From Ranitomeya imitator (lineage: Eukaryota), in NCBI RefSeq assembly GCF_032444005.1, contig NC_091283.1:492218001-492282000 (forward strand): 64,000 nucleotides of DNA. The letters are read 5' to 3'. The notes beneath the pieces are model-generated. The model worked only from the letters and a program-made list of their open reading frames with translations. It made no database searches and was not told the origin of the DNA. Both the position numbers and the translations under genes were made by a program. The first letter of the stretch is position 1; each line of letters opens with the position of its first letter. This document shows, one piece after another, positions 13,085-23,614 of the stretch.

Positions 13085-13247
13085 CTCCAACACACCCCTA
13101 AACCTTATCCCAACTGTAGCCGTAACCCTAATCACAACCCTAACCCCAACACACCCCTAACCACAACCCTAACCCCAACACACCCCTAACCCCAACACAC
13201 CCCTAACCCTAACCACAACCCTAATTCCAACCCAACCCTAACCCTAA
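13085..13247. repeat. Degenerate telomere-like (CCCTAA)n variant repeat
   Basis: CCCTAA interspersed with CCCCAA, CCACAA and CACACC. Confidence 0.8.
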
Positions 13248-13616
13248 GGCTATGTGCCAACGTTGCGGATTCGTATGAGATTTTTCAGCACCATTTTTGA
13301 AAAATCCGCGGGTAAAAGGCACTGCGTTTTACCTGCGGATTTACCGCGGATTGCCAGTGTTTTTTGTGCGGATTTCACCTGCGGATTCCTATTGAGGAAC
13401 AGGTGTAAAACGCTGCGGAATCCGCACAAAGAATTGACATGCTGCGGAAAATACAACGCAGCGTTCCCGCGCGGTATTTTCCGCACCATGGGCACAGCGG
13501 ATTTGGTTTTCCATATGTTTACATGGTACTGTAAACCTGATGGAACACTGCTGCGAATCCGCAGCGGCCAATTCGCTGCGGATCCGCAGCCAAATCCGCA
13601 CCGTGTGCACATAGCC
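13248..13616. mobile_element. Harbinger-type MITE
   Basis: TAA TSD on both sides; TIRs GGCTATGTGC / GCACATAGCC. Confidence 0.85.
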
Positions 13617-13625
13617 TAATTCTAA

Positions 13626-13955
13626 AGGTATGTGCACACGCTGCGGAAAACGCTGCGGATCCGCAGCAGTTTCCCATGAGTTTACAGTTCAATGTAAACC
13701 TATGGGAAACAAAAATCGCTGTACACATGCTGCAGAAAAACTGCACGGAAACGCAGCGGTTTACATTCTGCAGCATGTCACTTCTTTCTGCGGATTCCGC
13801 AGCGGTTTTACAACTGCTCCAATAGAAAATCGCAGTTGTAAAACCGCAGTGAAATGCGCAGAAAAAACGCGGTAAATCCGCGATAAATCCACAGCGGTTT
13901 AGCACTGCGGATTTATCAAATCCTCTGTGGAAAAATCCGCAGAGGACCAGAATAC
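13626..13955. mobile_element. Harbinger-type MITE running into the gap
   Basis: TAA-AGGTATGTGCACACG start; TGCGG/CCGCA motifs as in the neighbouring MITE. Confidence 0.65.
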
Positions 13956-14170
13956 NNNNNNNNNNNNNNNNNNNNNNNNNNNNNNNNNNNNNNNNNNNNN
14001 NNNNNNNNNNNNNNNNNNNNNNNNNNNNNNNNNNNNNNNNNNNNNNNNNNNNNNNNNNNNNNNNNNNNNNNNNNNNNNNNNNNNNNNNNNNNNNNNNNNN
14101 NNNNNNNNNNNNNNNNNNNNNNNNNNNNNNNNNNNNNNNNNNNNNNNNNNNNNNNNNNNNNNNNNNNNNC
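13956..14170. other. Assembly gap (215 N)
   Basis: Run of N. Confidence 1.
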
Positions 14171-14419
14171 CTTAGTGGAAAAAAAAAATTCTTTATTTTT
14201 TTTATTGTCCCTACCTATGGGGGTAACAAGGGGGGGGGGTCATTTACTATTTTTTTTATTTTGATCACTGAGATAGGTTATATCTCAGTGATCAAAATTC
14301 ACTCTGGAACGAATCTGCCGGCCGGCAGATTCGGTGGGCGCACTGCACATGCGCCCGCAATTTTGGAAGATGGCGGCGCCCAGGAAAGAAGACGGACGGA
14401 CCCCGGGAGGCTAGGTAAG

Positions 14420-14720
14420 TATAAGGGGGGGGAGATCAGGGCACGGGGGGGGGGCATCGGAGCACGGGGGGGTAGATCGGAACACGGGGGGGTGGATTGG
14501 AGCACGGGGTGGGGGATCGCTGTGCGGGGGAGTGGATCGGAGCACGGGGGGGAATCGCTGTGCGGGGGGATCGGAGTGCGGGGGGGTTTGATTGGAGCAC
14601 GGGGGGTGTGATTGGAGCACAGGGGAGCGGACAGGAGGACGGGGGAGCGGAGCACAGGACAGAGGGGAGCGGACCACAGATCTGGGGGCTGGGGGGGCGA
14701 TCGGTGGGGTGGGGTGGGGG
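14420..14720. repeat. G-rich short tandem repeat (GGAGCACGGGGGGG-like)
   Basis: Repeated G-runs of 4-9 nt separated by short spacers. Confidence 0.85.
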
Positions 14721-15195
14721 CACATTAGTGTTTCCAGCCATGGCCGATGATATTGCAGCATCGGCCATGGCTGGATTGTAATATTTCACCAGTTTTTTAG
14801 GTGAAATATTACAAATCGCTCTGATTGGCAGTTTCACTTTCAACAGCCAATCAGAGCGATCGTAGCCACGAGGGGGTGAAGCCACCCCCCCTGGGCTAAA
14901 CTACCACTCCCCCTGTCCCTGCAGATCGGGTGAAATGGGAGTTAACCCTTTCACCCGATCTGCAGGGACGCGATCTTTCCATGACGCATATGCTGCGTCA
15001 TGGGTCGGAATGGCACCGACTTTCATGACGCAGCGTATGCGTCAAAGGTCGGGAAGGGGTTAAAAACACAGCAAAAACGCCCAGTGTGAACGTAGCCTTA
15101 TTCTTTCCCTTTGATTGTTCCTCTCCTGATTTTGGCTGCAAATACTGAGGTAAAATACCAAATACTGCTTGTGTGATCGCAGCCTTAGTATAAAC

Positions 15196-15378
15196 CAGTG
15201 TTTCCCAAACTCCGGTCCTCATGGACCCCACAGGTCATGTTCTCAGGATTTCCTTAGTATTGCACAGGTGTTGGAAGTTTCATCAAGCCCTCAGGAATTG
15301 TCTCACCTGTGCAACACTATGGAAATCCTGAAAACATGACCTGTGGGGTCCGTGAGGACTGGAGTTTGGGAAACACTG
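15196..15378. mobile_element. hAT MITE (183 bp, fold-back)
   Basis: TIR CAGTGTTTCCCAAACTCC; 8-bp TSD GTATAAAC/GTTTAAAC (1 mismatch). Confidence 0.9.
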
Positions 15379-16536
15379 GTTTAAACCTTTAGCAACCGCC
15401 GATACTCATTAAGCTAAGTGTACTTATTTCCTCATTGCCGTTATAAAATGGCAATCAGGAATAAGGCTGTAGTGCCACCCCACCCACAGTTGGAAAATCT
15501 CGGGGGCCTCGGCTACCAGGGGTGGCCGAGACCCCGGAGAGCATGATCAGGGCCGGATTTTCAACTCTCTGATCATGTGATTGCCATTATCGCCTGCCGA
15601 GATCTGCCAGCCGATACCTTTTTCCTATTGTTTCCTTTTGATCACGGTTATAGAGCACCCGATGCAAACTGGAGAGATGGCATTTTTTTTACTATTATCT
15701 TTTTCCTATAAATAACATTATAAATATATTAATTGTTCATTCTGCATATAAAAATGCCAGGTATCTTTTTAAAAGGATAGGTAGGATTTCGGGCAGCAAG
15801 TGCCATGAAGAAGATGGGGGCCCCCTGTCAGCATCACAGAACAGCAGTGGGGGAAGGTAAAGTGATATGAACAACTAGAGGGTAGAGAGGGCAGGGAGAG
15901 CACAGCTGTGTGGGGAAAACAAGAAAGCAGCTTTTGTTGGGATGGAGGACAGGAGAGAGTCAGGTCAGAGACATAAACAGGAAGCTCCAGTACTCACTTC
16001 AGGCCACTGTGTTCCTCTGGAGCCTCCCCTCCCCCTCCTGACAGTGCCGACCACAGAGCTAAGCGCTTGGCTTGGAGCAGTGCAGGAGCCATAGGACACC
16101 ACTTCCAGTAGCACTTTCTTCACTGCTTGCAGTAGCTTCAGCAGTGACTGCACAGCTCTCCTGGCCACATGCTGCAGCAGCATGACCCCTCCGTGCTGGT
16201 GGGCGGACCTTACTGCTGTCAGGCTCCAGGAGCCACGTCAGTGCAGGTCAGTGAAATGTCTGTGCTGAGCCTCCCTCCTTCCATCCTACTAGCCACCAGA
16301 GACTCCGGGGAGGGAAGCGATCCAGCCCGCACCCTGCTCTCATGCTGCAGTCTGAGCCAATGATCCCCACCATTATACCAGGCAATGCAGGAGCTCAGCT
16401 TTTCTCTCTTCTTCTGATGGGCGGGGAGAGGCGGAGCTTAAATCCGGCATGCAGCGATGCTCAGAAGAGAGAGACTTTCTGAGTCAGTGGCCCACCGGGG
16501 GATCCTCCGGTACCCCTGTGAGCCAGTCCGAACCTG

Positions 16537-17720
16537 AGCATACGTAGGGGCCACATTGGATCCCATGGCGGTACCCCATAACTGCTGGTAGTAATCATCC
16601 CCAAAGAGGAAAAAATTCCTCCTGAGGATGAACTCCAGCAGTGTCAGGACCAACTGTGCACAATCCGGGGACACGTCCGAGCCCGACAGCGCCACACCGA
16701 CAGCATATAAACCCCTTTCGTGTTCAATAGATGTGTACAATGACACAACGTCAAAAGATACCAAAATAGTCGAAGTACCCACAGGGATCACACTCAATTT
16801 CTCCAAAAAGTCATTCGTGTCTCTGATGTAAGAGCAAGCAGAGGTAGAAAAAACACGTAAAATTTTATCTAAAAAAATTGCCACCTTCTGCACATGAACC
16901 CCCTACCCGACACGATAGGACGCCCGGGGGGTTTAACAGATCTTTGTGTATCTTTGGCAACGTGTACAGGACTGGGGTAATTGGCGCATTAACAAACAAG
17001 AATTCAGACAGCTTCTGATCGATGAGTCCATTGTGTAAGGAATCATCGATCAGAAGCTGTAACTCCCTCTGAAAAGCAGCGGTAGGATCACATTTCAATT
17101 TTTTATAAACCGCAATGTCTGACAACTGTTCCATAATCTCTGCTTTATATTTAACCATATCCATGATCACCACCGCCCGCCTTTATCGGCCGGTTTTATA
17201 GTAAGTTCAGTATTGCTCGACAGACGGTCAAGGGCCTGTTTTTCAATACTGGACAAATTGTTATATCCAGTATTACGAAATCCATCCTTCAATCGTTTCA
17301 TATCCCTCTCCACCAATGTAATATAAGATTCAACAAAATGGTCCTTAACCTGGGGTTGAAAGGAGCTTTTGTTGAACAGACCTGCTCCTTTAAGGGTAAA
17401 ACCCCCCATAGCCACATCAGTGGGTTCATCAGTATTCTGGTGTATCTCAGAGAAATATGAGGTTAACCGTAACCTTCTAAAAAAAGCATATAGATCACAT
17501 TCAATCTGGAACCAGTCAGGAGAATTTTTAGGGCAAAAAGAAAGTCCTTTAGACAAAATGTCACATTCAACTTTTGACAACTGTACAGATGATATATTTA
17601 CCACCAGCTCATTGCGATTCAATTTGCTTTCTGTCGCTCGTCCATGTTCCGTGTTCTCATAGGGGACTTTTAAAATATCCACCGTTCTTTGTTCGTGCCG
17701 CCTCCTCTTGTGCTTCCTCC
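16537..17720 (-). pseudogene. Penelope-like ORF, N-terminal half and RT start, continuing the 5650-6848 segment
   Basis: LSKGLSFCP, FFRRLRL, IKPADKGG, LYTLPKIHK, SFDVVSLYTSI, GTAMGSNVAPTYA; frameshifts near 17170 and 16900. Confidence 0.9.
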
Positions 17721-19142
17721 CTATTTTGGTATCTTTTGACGTGGTGTCATTGTACACATCTATTGAACACGAAAGGGGTTTATATGCCGTCGGTGTGGCG
17801 CTGTAAGGCTCGGACGTGTCCCCGGATTGTGCACAGTTGGTCCTGGCACTGCTGGAGTTCATCCTCAGGAGGAATTTTTTCCTCTTTGGGCATGATTACT
17901 ACCAGCAGTTATGGGGTACCGCCATGGGGTCCAATATGGCCCCTACGTATGCTAACATGTATGTGGCGGTACTCGAGGACCAACATGTGAACAGATCCAT
18001 CTTCTGGTGCCACGTCCGGGCCTGGTGGCGCTACATCGACGGCATCTTTTGCATATGGGAGGGGACCCAGGACCCTTTTTGAGTTTCTGGCAGAACTTAA
18101 TAATATACACCCTGAATTGAAGTTTACTATGACATATTCAATAGATAGGGTACAATTTTTGTACACTATGGTTTATAAACGAGGCGACAATCTTTGTACT
18201 GATTTGTTCACGAAGGTGACTGACAGGAATAGTCTTTTGTGCTATGATAGTTACCACCCAAGAAGGATGATGGACTCATTGCCGTGGAGTCAACTAGTTC
18301 GGGTACGTAGGATTGTCACAGACACTGAGGTCTGTGACATAAGATTGGACGAAATGTGTGAGAAATTCATTCATAGGGGGTATCCTAAAGTGAAACTGAT
18401 GGGCCATAGGGACAAAGTAATTAAATTATCTGATGGTGATCTGCAAACCCATAGAGCAAAGGTCAAACAGAAACGCGTACCATTTGTCTCCACATATTGT
18501 CCGGCCAGCAATGGCATTGCCAATATTCTGAATAGGCACTGGGGGATATTGCAGAAAGGTATGCCTCATATTCAAGATTTTTGTTCAAGTCCCATCCTTT
18601 TATATAGACGGGGACGTAATCTTAGAGATCGATTGGTGAAATCAGATGTTGGGACGGGCAAGGTTGCCGTCCAGAGGACATTGTGTCCACCTCGGATGGG
18701 CAACTTTCCCTGTCTTAACTGTGCCTGCTGCGGTAATATGCTAATGGGTGACAGTTTTTACCACCCTCGAACCAGTAAAAAATTTTTGATAAGAGAACGT
18801 TACACATGCTCTTCTAAATTTGTTATTTATTTAATAGTGTGTCCGTGTGGACTTATGTACGTTGGCAAAACAACTATGGAGGTGAGAGCACGAATAAGTA
18901 AACATAAGAGTACAACAAGAACAAATTTACATGAATTACCAATTCCAAAACATTTCAGTGAATGCAGGCACTCTATTAACCAATTGCGCTTTAGGGTCAT
19001 TGATGGGGTCCCTATTTTGAGGAGAGGGGGTGACAGGACACTAAAACTTAAACAGAAGGAGTTGAGGTGGATCTCGGTATTAGAGACGCTACAGCCTAAA
19101 GGGCTAAACGTTGATTATAATTTGCAAATATGTATGTCCTGA
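17721..19142 (+). pseudogene. 5'-truncated Penelope-like ORF (RT + GIY-YIG), plus arm
   Basis: Starts at ILVSFDVV; TAA near 17805, YIDG in place of YIDD, frameshift near 18075; 341-aa open tail with the GIY-YIG domain. Confidence 0.9.
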
Positions 19143-19840
19143 TTTTTCCCCCCTTTTTTGCTCCTATGGTGCGTCCATATCTGTGTAATTTTTAATTATG
19201 CGCTGATGTAATGTTTTTTTTTTATTTTTCTTTTGTCTTTTTTTCTCTCTTGCAGTATACTTGGGATTTGACATCCAAGGGACATATGGAGGACATGGGG
19301 GATTTTTTCCTTCTCCCTTTTCCTTACTCTCAAGCCTTAATGGATTTTCCTCCCTTTGATCCTTGTCTGCCAAATCGCCTTGTGATTGATCTATCCTATG
19401 TATGTAGAGGGTTGTTGCCATGGATTTGGCTATGTCCGCGTCCTCCCTGTGAGCACAGGCTTGGTGCGTCACGTGGGTGTGCTGGGGATGCGGGCGTTCA
19501 TTTGCTCCAGCATCTCCGTGCCGGTCATGTGATTGCTCTCTATGCCTGGTGTCTTCAGCGATGACGTTTAGCCTGTGACGTTCGCTATGTGTTGCACCTC
19601 TGAGGTGGTCACTTGATCGCCTCTATGGTGTGCTCTGTGCGCATGCGCGGGCGTTCTAAGGCAGACGGACACCTTCTCATGGGTGTGTGATGATTGGCTG
19701 CAGACGGTTTTTGCGTCTTTATTTTTAGCAAACAGCGATTGGACAAATTATATGTGGACATAAATAACAGCTGGCGATTGGTGGAAATATTTCCATGACA
19801 ACGGAACAGCAAAAGTTACGATTGGGGCAGCGATCTGATG

Positions 19841-20644
19841 TGTTGTGATAGGCAATTCAGTATCACAATGGACATAGCGGTCAGAGCACATACAGTGATC
19901 TGACAATAACCCAAAATAATAGAACGAGCTCTGAGATGTGGGAACTCTGCAGACCGCAATCCCTAATCCTCTCCAAACAACACTAGAGGCAGCCGTGGAT
20001 TGCGCCTAACTCTGCCTATGCAACTCGGCACAGCCTGAGAAACTAACTAGCCTGAAGATAGAAAATAAGCCTACCTTGCCTCAGAGAAATACCCCAAAGG
20101 AAAAGGCAGCCCCCCACATATAATGACTGTGAGTTAAGATGAAAAGACAAACATAGGGATGAAATAGATTCAGCAAAGTGAGGCCCGACTTTCTTAACAG
20201 AGCGAGGATAGGAAAGAAAACTTTGCGGTCTACACAAAACCCTAAAGAAAACCACGCAAAGGGGGCAAAAAGACCCTCCGTACCGAACTAACGGCACGGA
20301 GGTACACCCTTTGCGTCCCAGAGCTTCCAGCAAAACAATTAGACAAGCTGGACAGAAAAAATAGCAAACAAATAGCAAAGAAGAACTTAGCTATGCAGAG
20401 CAGCAGGCCACAGGTATGATCCAGGGAAAAACAAGTCCAACACTGGAACATTGACAGGAAGCATGGATCAAAGCATTAAGTGGAGTTAAGTAGAGAAGCA
20501 CCTAACGACCTCACCAGATCACCTGAGGGAGGAAACTCAGAAGCCGCAGTACCACTTTCCTCCACAAATGGAAGCTCCCAGAGAGAATCAGCCGAAGTAC
20601 TACTTGCGACCACAGGAGGGAGCTCTGCCACAGAATTCACAACA
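19841..20644. mobile_element. Solo LTR (804 bp) inserted in the Penelope 3' UTR
   Basis: TGTTGTGA...TCACAACA; 6-bp TSD CTGATG; the empty site is preserved in the opposite arm (minus strand GATCTGATGTCATG near 4940-4953). Confidence 0.92.
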
Positions 20645-20861
20645 CTGATGTCATGTTCCTCATGTTTTTTCTTTTATTATATAGATAGTATTTATGTGAT
20701 ATAGCTGTAATCGATTGCTAGATTATCAGTATTTTATGATGTGTGAAGTATGAGCATGTATTATGTGATTTTATGGTGATTTAATAAAGGCCGCCCCTTG
20801 ATGGTGATTGGTGCCTACATAAGCTCCACACTATTTAAGATGGCCGCATGTGATACATTGT

Positions 20862-20898
20862 ATACTTGACAAAGGCCACTCCGGCCGAAACGTTGTAT
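20862..20898 (+). ncRNA. Minimal hammerhead-like motif in the Penelope pseudo-LTR (U3-A8 variant)
   Basis: ATAC-TTGACAA-A-GGCC-ACTCC-GGCC-GAAA-CG-TT-GTAT; AATAAA follows near 20913. Confidence 0.65.
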
Positions 20899-21109
20899 TT
20901 TTATGATGGCAGAATAAAGATCGTTTTGGATACTATTCACCCTGGTATGGATGCTGCTCCTTCTTCTTCTTTTGTGGCTATTGGTCCGGTTGGATCCTTG
21001 GATTTTGGAGCGTGCACCCTGCATCTGAGTGCTGTTGGTTGACTTTTGTATACAGATATAGGCATGTCATGCCCTTCTAAAATCAAGAAAGGCTGGAGTA
21101 AAGATCTAA

Positions 21110-21660
21110 AATCACTCTACCAACACCCAGACGTCTTGACAAAAAAATAAAAATAAGAAATATCTTTAGGTAGAATGGTGGCGGGTCCATTCAGAACACT
21201 TTCCTTAGAAGACCGTAGTGGTACCCCCGTTGGGAGTTGTGCCAAAAAATGAACCCAATACATTCAGACTGTCATATCCAAGGGATAGGTCAGTAAACGA
21301 CAACATTGACGCGGAACCAAGTACAGTACTATGTACTGTACCTCCTTTGACGAGGCAATCAAGCGGATCAAGAAGTTGGTAAGGTTCACCCTAATGGCCA
21401 AAACAGACATTGAGGGGGCGTTCCGGTTACTACCTGTGCCTCCGAATAGTGTCCTCCCATTGGGCTGCTTCTGTGAAGGAGCATACTACATAGATTGCTG
21501 TTTGCCCATGGGGTTCTCCATATTCTGCTCACTATTTGAGGCGTTTAGTTGCTTCCTCGAATGTGTTGTCATGGACGTTTGTAAGGCAGCACATATTATC
21601 CATTACCTCGACGACTTCTTATGCCTGGGCCCAAAAGATTCGCCACAGTGTGAAAACATG
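21110..21660 (+). pseudogene. DIRS/Ngaro-type (tyrosine-recombinase retrotransposon) reverse-transcriptase fragment
   Basis: MAKTDIEGAFRLLP, YYIDCCLPMG, HYLDDFLCLG; frameshifted upstream remnants (LGRMV.GPF, GVVPK). Confidence 0.75.
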
Positions 21661-21741
21661 CGGTAGTCCACCTGTGAGAAGGATAGAGCTGGAGGGAGTG
21701 TGGACACCCCAGAGCCGAGGGGTTAGATTGAGAAAGGAAGA

Positions 21742-23370
21742 AGGCGGTGTAGCTTGCTTCATGGGTGGGGTACTCTGCTGAGTAGCAGAAATTGCTACTA
21801 AGCCCAAAAGGATTTCCTGAGCCAGGTGCCGTTAAAAAATAGTACTTAGGAAAACAGGCGGTGTAGCTTGCTTCATGGGTGAAGTACGCTGCTGAGTAGC
21901 ACTAAATTCTACGAGGCCCAAAAGGATTTCCTGGGCTAGATGCCGTTAAAAAATAGTACTTAGGTAAACAGGCGGTGTAGCTTGCTTCATGGGTGGGGTA
22001 CTCTGCTGAGTAGCACAAAATGCTATTAGGTACAAAATGATTTCCTGGGCTAGATGCAGTTAAAAATTAGTAATTAGATCAACAGGCGGTGTAGCTTGCT
22101 TCACGGGTGAAGTACCTTGCTGAGTAGCACCAAATTCTACTAGGCCCAAAAGGATTTCCTGGGCTAGATGCCATTACAAAATAGTAGTTAGGTAAACAGG
22201 CGGTGTAGCTTGCTTCATGGGTGGGGTACGCTGCTGAGTAGCCCTAAATTCTACTAGGCCCAAAAGGATTTCCTGTGCTAGATGCCGTTACAAAATAGTA
22301 CTTAGGTAAATAGGCGGTGTAGCTTGCTTCATGGGTGGGGTACGCTGCTGAGTAGCACTAAAATCTACTAGGCCCAAAAGGATTTCCTGTGCTAAATGCC
22401 ATTAAAAAATAGTAGTTAGGTAAACAGGCGGTGTAGCTTGCTTCATGGGTGGGGTACGCTGCTGAGTAGCACTAAATTCTACTAGGCCCAAAAGGATTTC
22501 CTGTACTAAATGCCATTAAAACATAGTAGTTAGGTAAACAGGCGGTGTAGCTTGCTTCATGGGTGGGGTACGCTGCTGAGTAGTATTAAATTCTACTAGA
22601 CCCAAAAGGATTTCCTGGGCTAGATGCCGTTACAAAATAGTACTTAGGTAAACAGGCAGTGTAGCTTGCTTCATGGGTGGGGTACGCTGCTGAGTAGCAC
22701 TAAATTCTACTAGGTTCAAAAGGATTTCCTGTGCTAGATGCCGTTACAAAATAGTAGTTAGGTAAACAGGCAGTGTAGCTTGCTTCATGGATGGGGTACG
22801 GTGCTGAGTAGCACCAAATTCTACTAGGCCCAAAAGGATTTCCTGGGCTAGATGCCGTTAAAAAATAGTACTTAGGTAAACAGGCGGAATAGCTTGCTTC
22901 ATGGGTGGGGTACGCTGCTGAGTAGCACCAGATTCTACTAGGCCCAAAAGGATTTCCTGTGCTAAATGCCGTTAAACAATAGTAGTTAGGTAAACAGGCG
23001 GTGTAGCTTGCTTCATGGGTGGGGTACGCTGCTGAGTAGCACTAAATTCTACTAGGCCCAAAAGGATTTCCTGTGCTAAATGCCGTTAAAAAATAGTAGT
23101 TAGGTAAACAGGCGGTGTAGCTTGCTTCATGGGTGGGGTACGCTGCTGAGTAGCACTAAATTCTACTAGGTTCAAAAGGATTTCCTGTGCTAGATGCCAT
23201 TACAAAATAGTAGTTAGGTAAACAGGCGGTGTAGCTTGCTTCATGGGTGGGGTACGCTGCTGAGTAGCACTAAATTCTACTAGGCCCAAAAGGATTTCCT
23301 GGGCCAGATGCCGTTAAAAATAGTACTTAGGTAAACAGGCGGTGGGTGGCTGGGCTACTCTGCTGACTAG
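21742..23370. repeat. Tandem array of 114-bp units (about 14 copies)
   Basis: AGGCGGTGTAGCTTGCTTC recurs every 114 bp from 21742 to 23337. Confidence 0.95.
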
Positions 23371-23614
23371 CAGACACTGAAGCTTTGGAGCAGACCTCTG
23401 AATCCCAGGCCATAGTATGAGTAAACAACTCTTCAGACAACCCCACCCACCTGGAATTGACGATCGCAACGTCATGTAAAACTCAGCAAGGTGACTAAAT
23501 AAAGAGTCTCTATTTTTTCCAAAAAGTCGGCCACAGACACCACTTAAGTGGCATCAATTTCGCCAGAGTTTTTTAAAACGGTTAGTGAGGTGATTTTCAA
23601 AAATCATCAAGCTT

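Larger units (their letters stand above)
9468..15059. mobile_element. Non-autonomous piggyBac-like (TTAA) element with large internal tandem repeats
   Basis: TTAA at 9464-9467 and 15060-15063; termini CCCCTTCATGACC / GGTCGGGAAGGGG; no transposase ORF seen; spans the assembly gap. Confidence 0.8.
8901..15098. mobile_element. Harbinger-type MITE interrupted by the TTAA element
   Basis: TIRs AGGCTGGGTTCACAC / GTGTGAACGTAGCCT; the body resumes after the TTAA at 15060-15063. Confidence 0.65.
8823..15187. mobile_element. Palindromic MITE split into halves (8823-8900 and 15099-15187)
   Basis: CAGTATTTGGCAGCCAAAACCAGGAG near 8836 is an imperfect inverted copy of CTCCTGATTTTGGCTGCAAATACTG near 15123; right TIR GTGTGATCGCAGCCT. 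Confidence 0.55.
6849..16536. mobile_element. Non-autonomous hAT-type element inflated to 9.7 kb by nested insertions
   Basis: Perfect 8-bp TSD AGCATACG (6841-6848 and 16537-16544); imperfect TIRs CAGTGTTGGACTGG / CCAGTCCGAACCTG; splits the Penelope RT at PTYAN. Confidence 0.9.
4622..21051. mobile_element. Head-to-head (inverted) Penelope-like retroelement insertion, later interrupted
   Basis: 11-bp direct repeat ACAGATATAGG at 4611-4621 and 21052-21062. Minus arm 4622-6848 plus 16537-17720; plus arm 17721-21051. The arms are near-identical reverse complements. Confidence 0.85.

Noticed and set aside
13085-13247. True telomere or chromosome-fusion site
   Set aside because: Short, degenerate, in a single orientation, and internal to a TTAA-flanked element.
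13927-14175. ORF containing poly-X
   Set aside because: Artefact of the N gap.
17167-17862. 231-aa minus-strand ORF as a separate protein
   Set aside because: A chimera: antisense read of the plus arm fused at the 17720/17721 junction to the truncated Penelope N-terminus.
16537-17955. L1-style twin-priming 5' inversion of the plus-strand Penelope copy
   Set aside because: The minus segment ends at the AGCATACG TSD and continues exactly at 6848, so it is part of a long minus-strand copy split by a hAT insertion.
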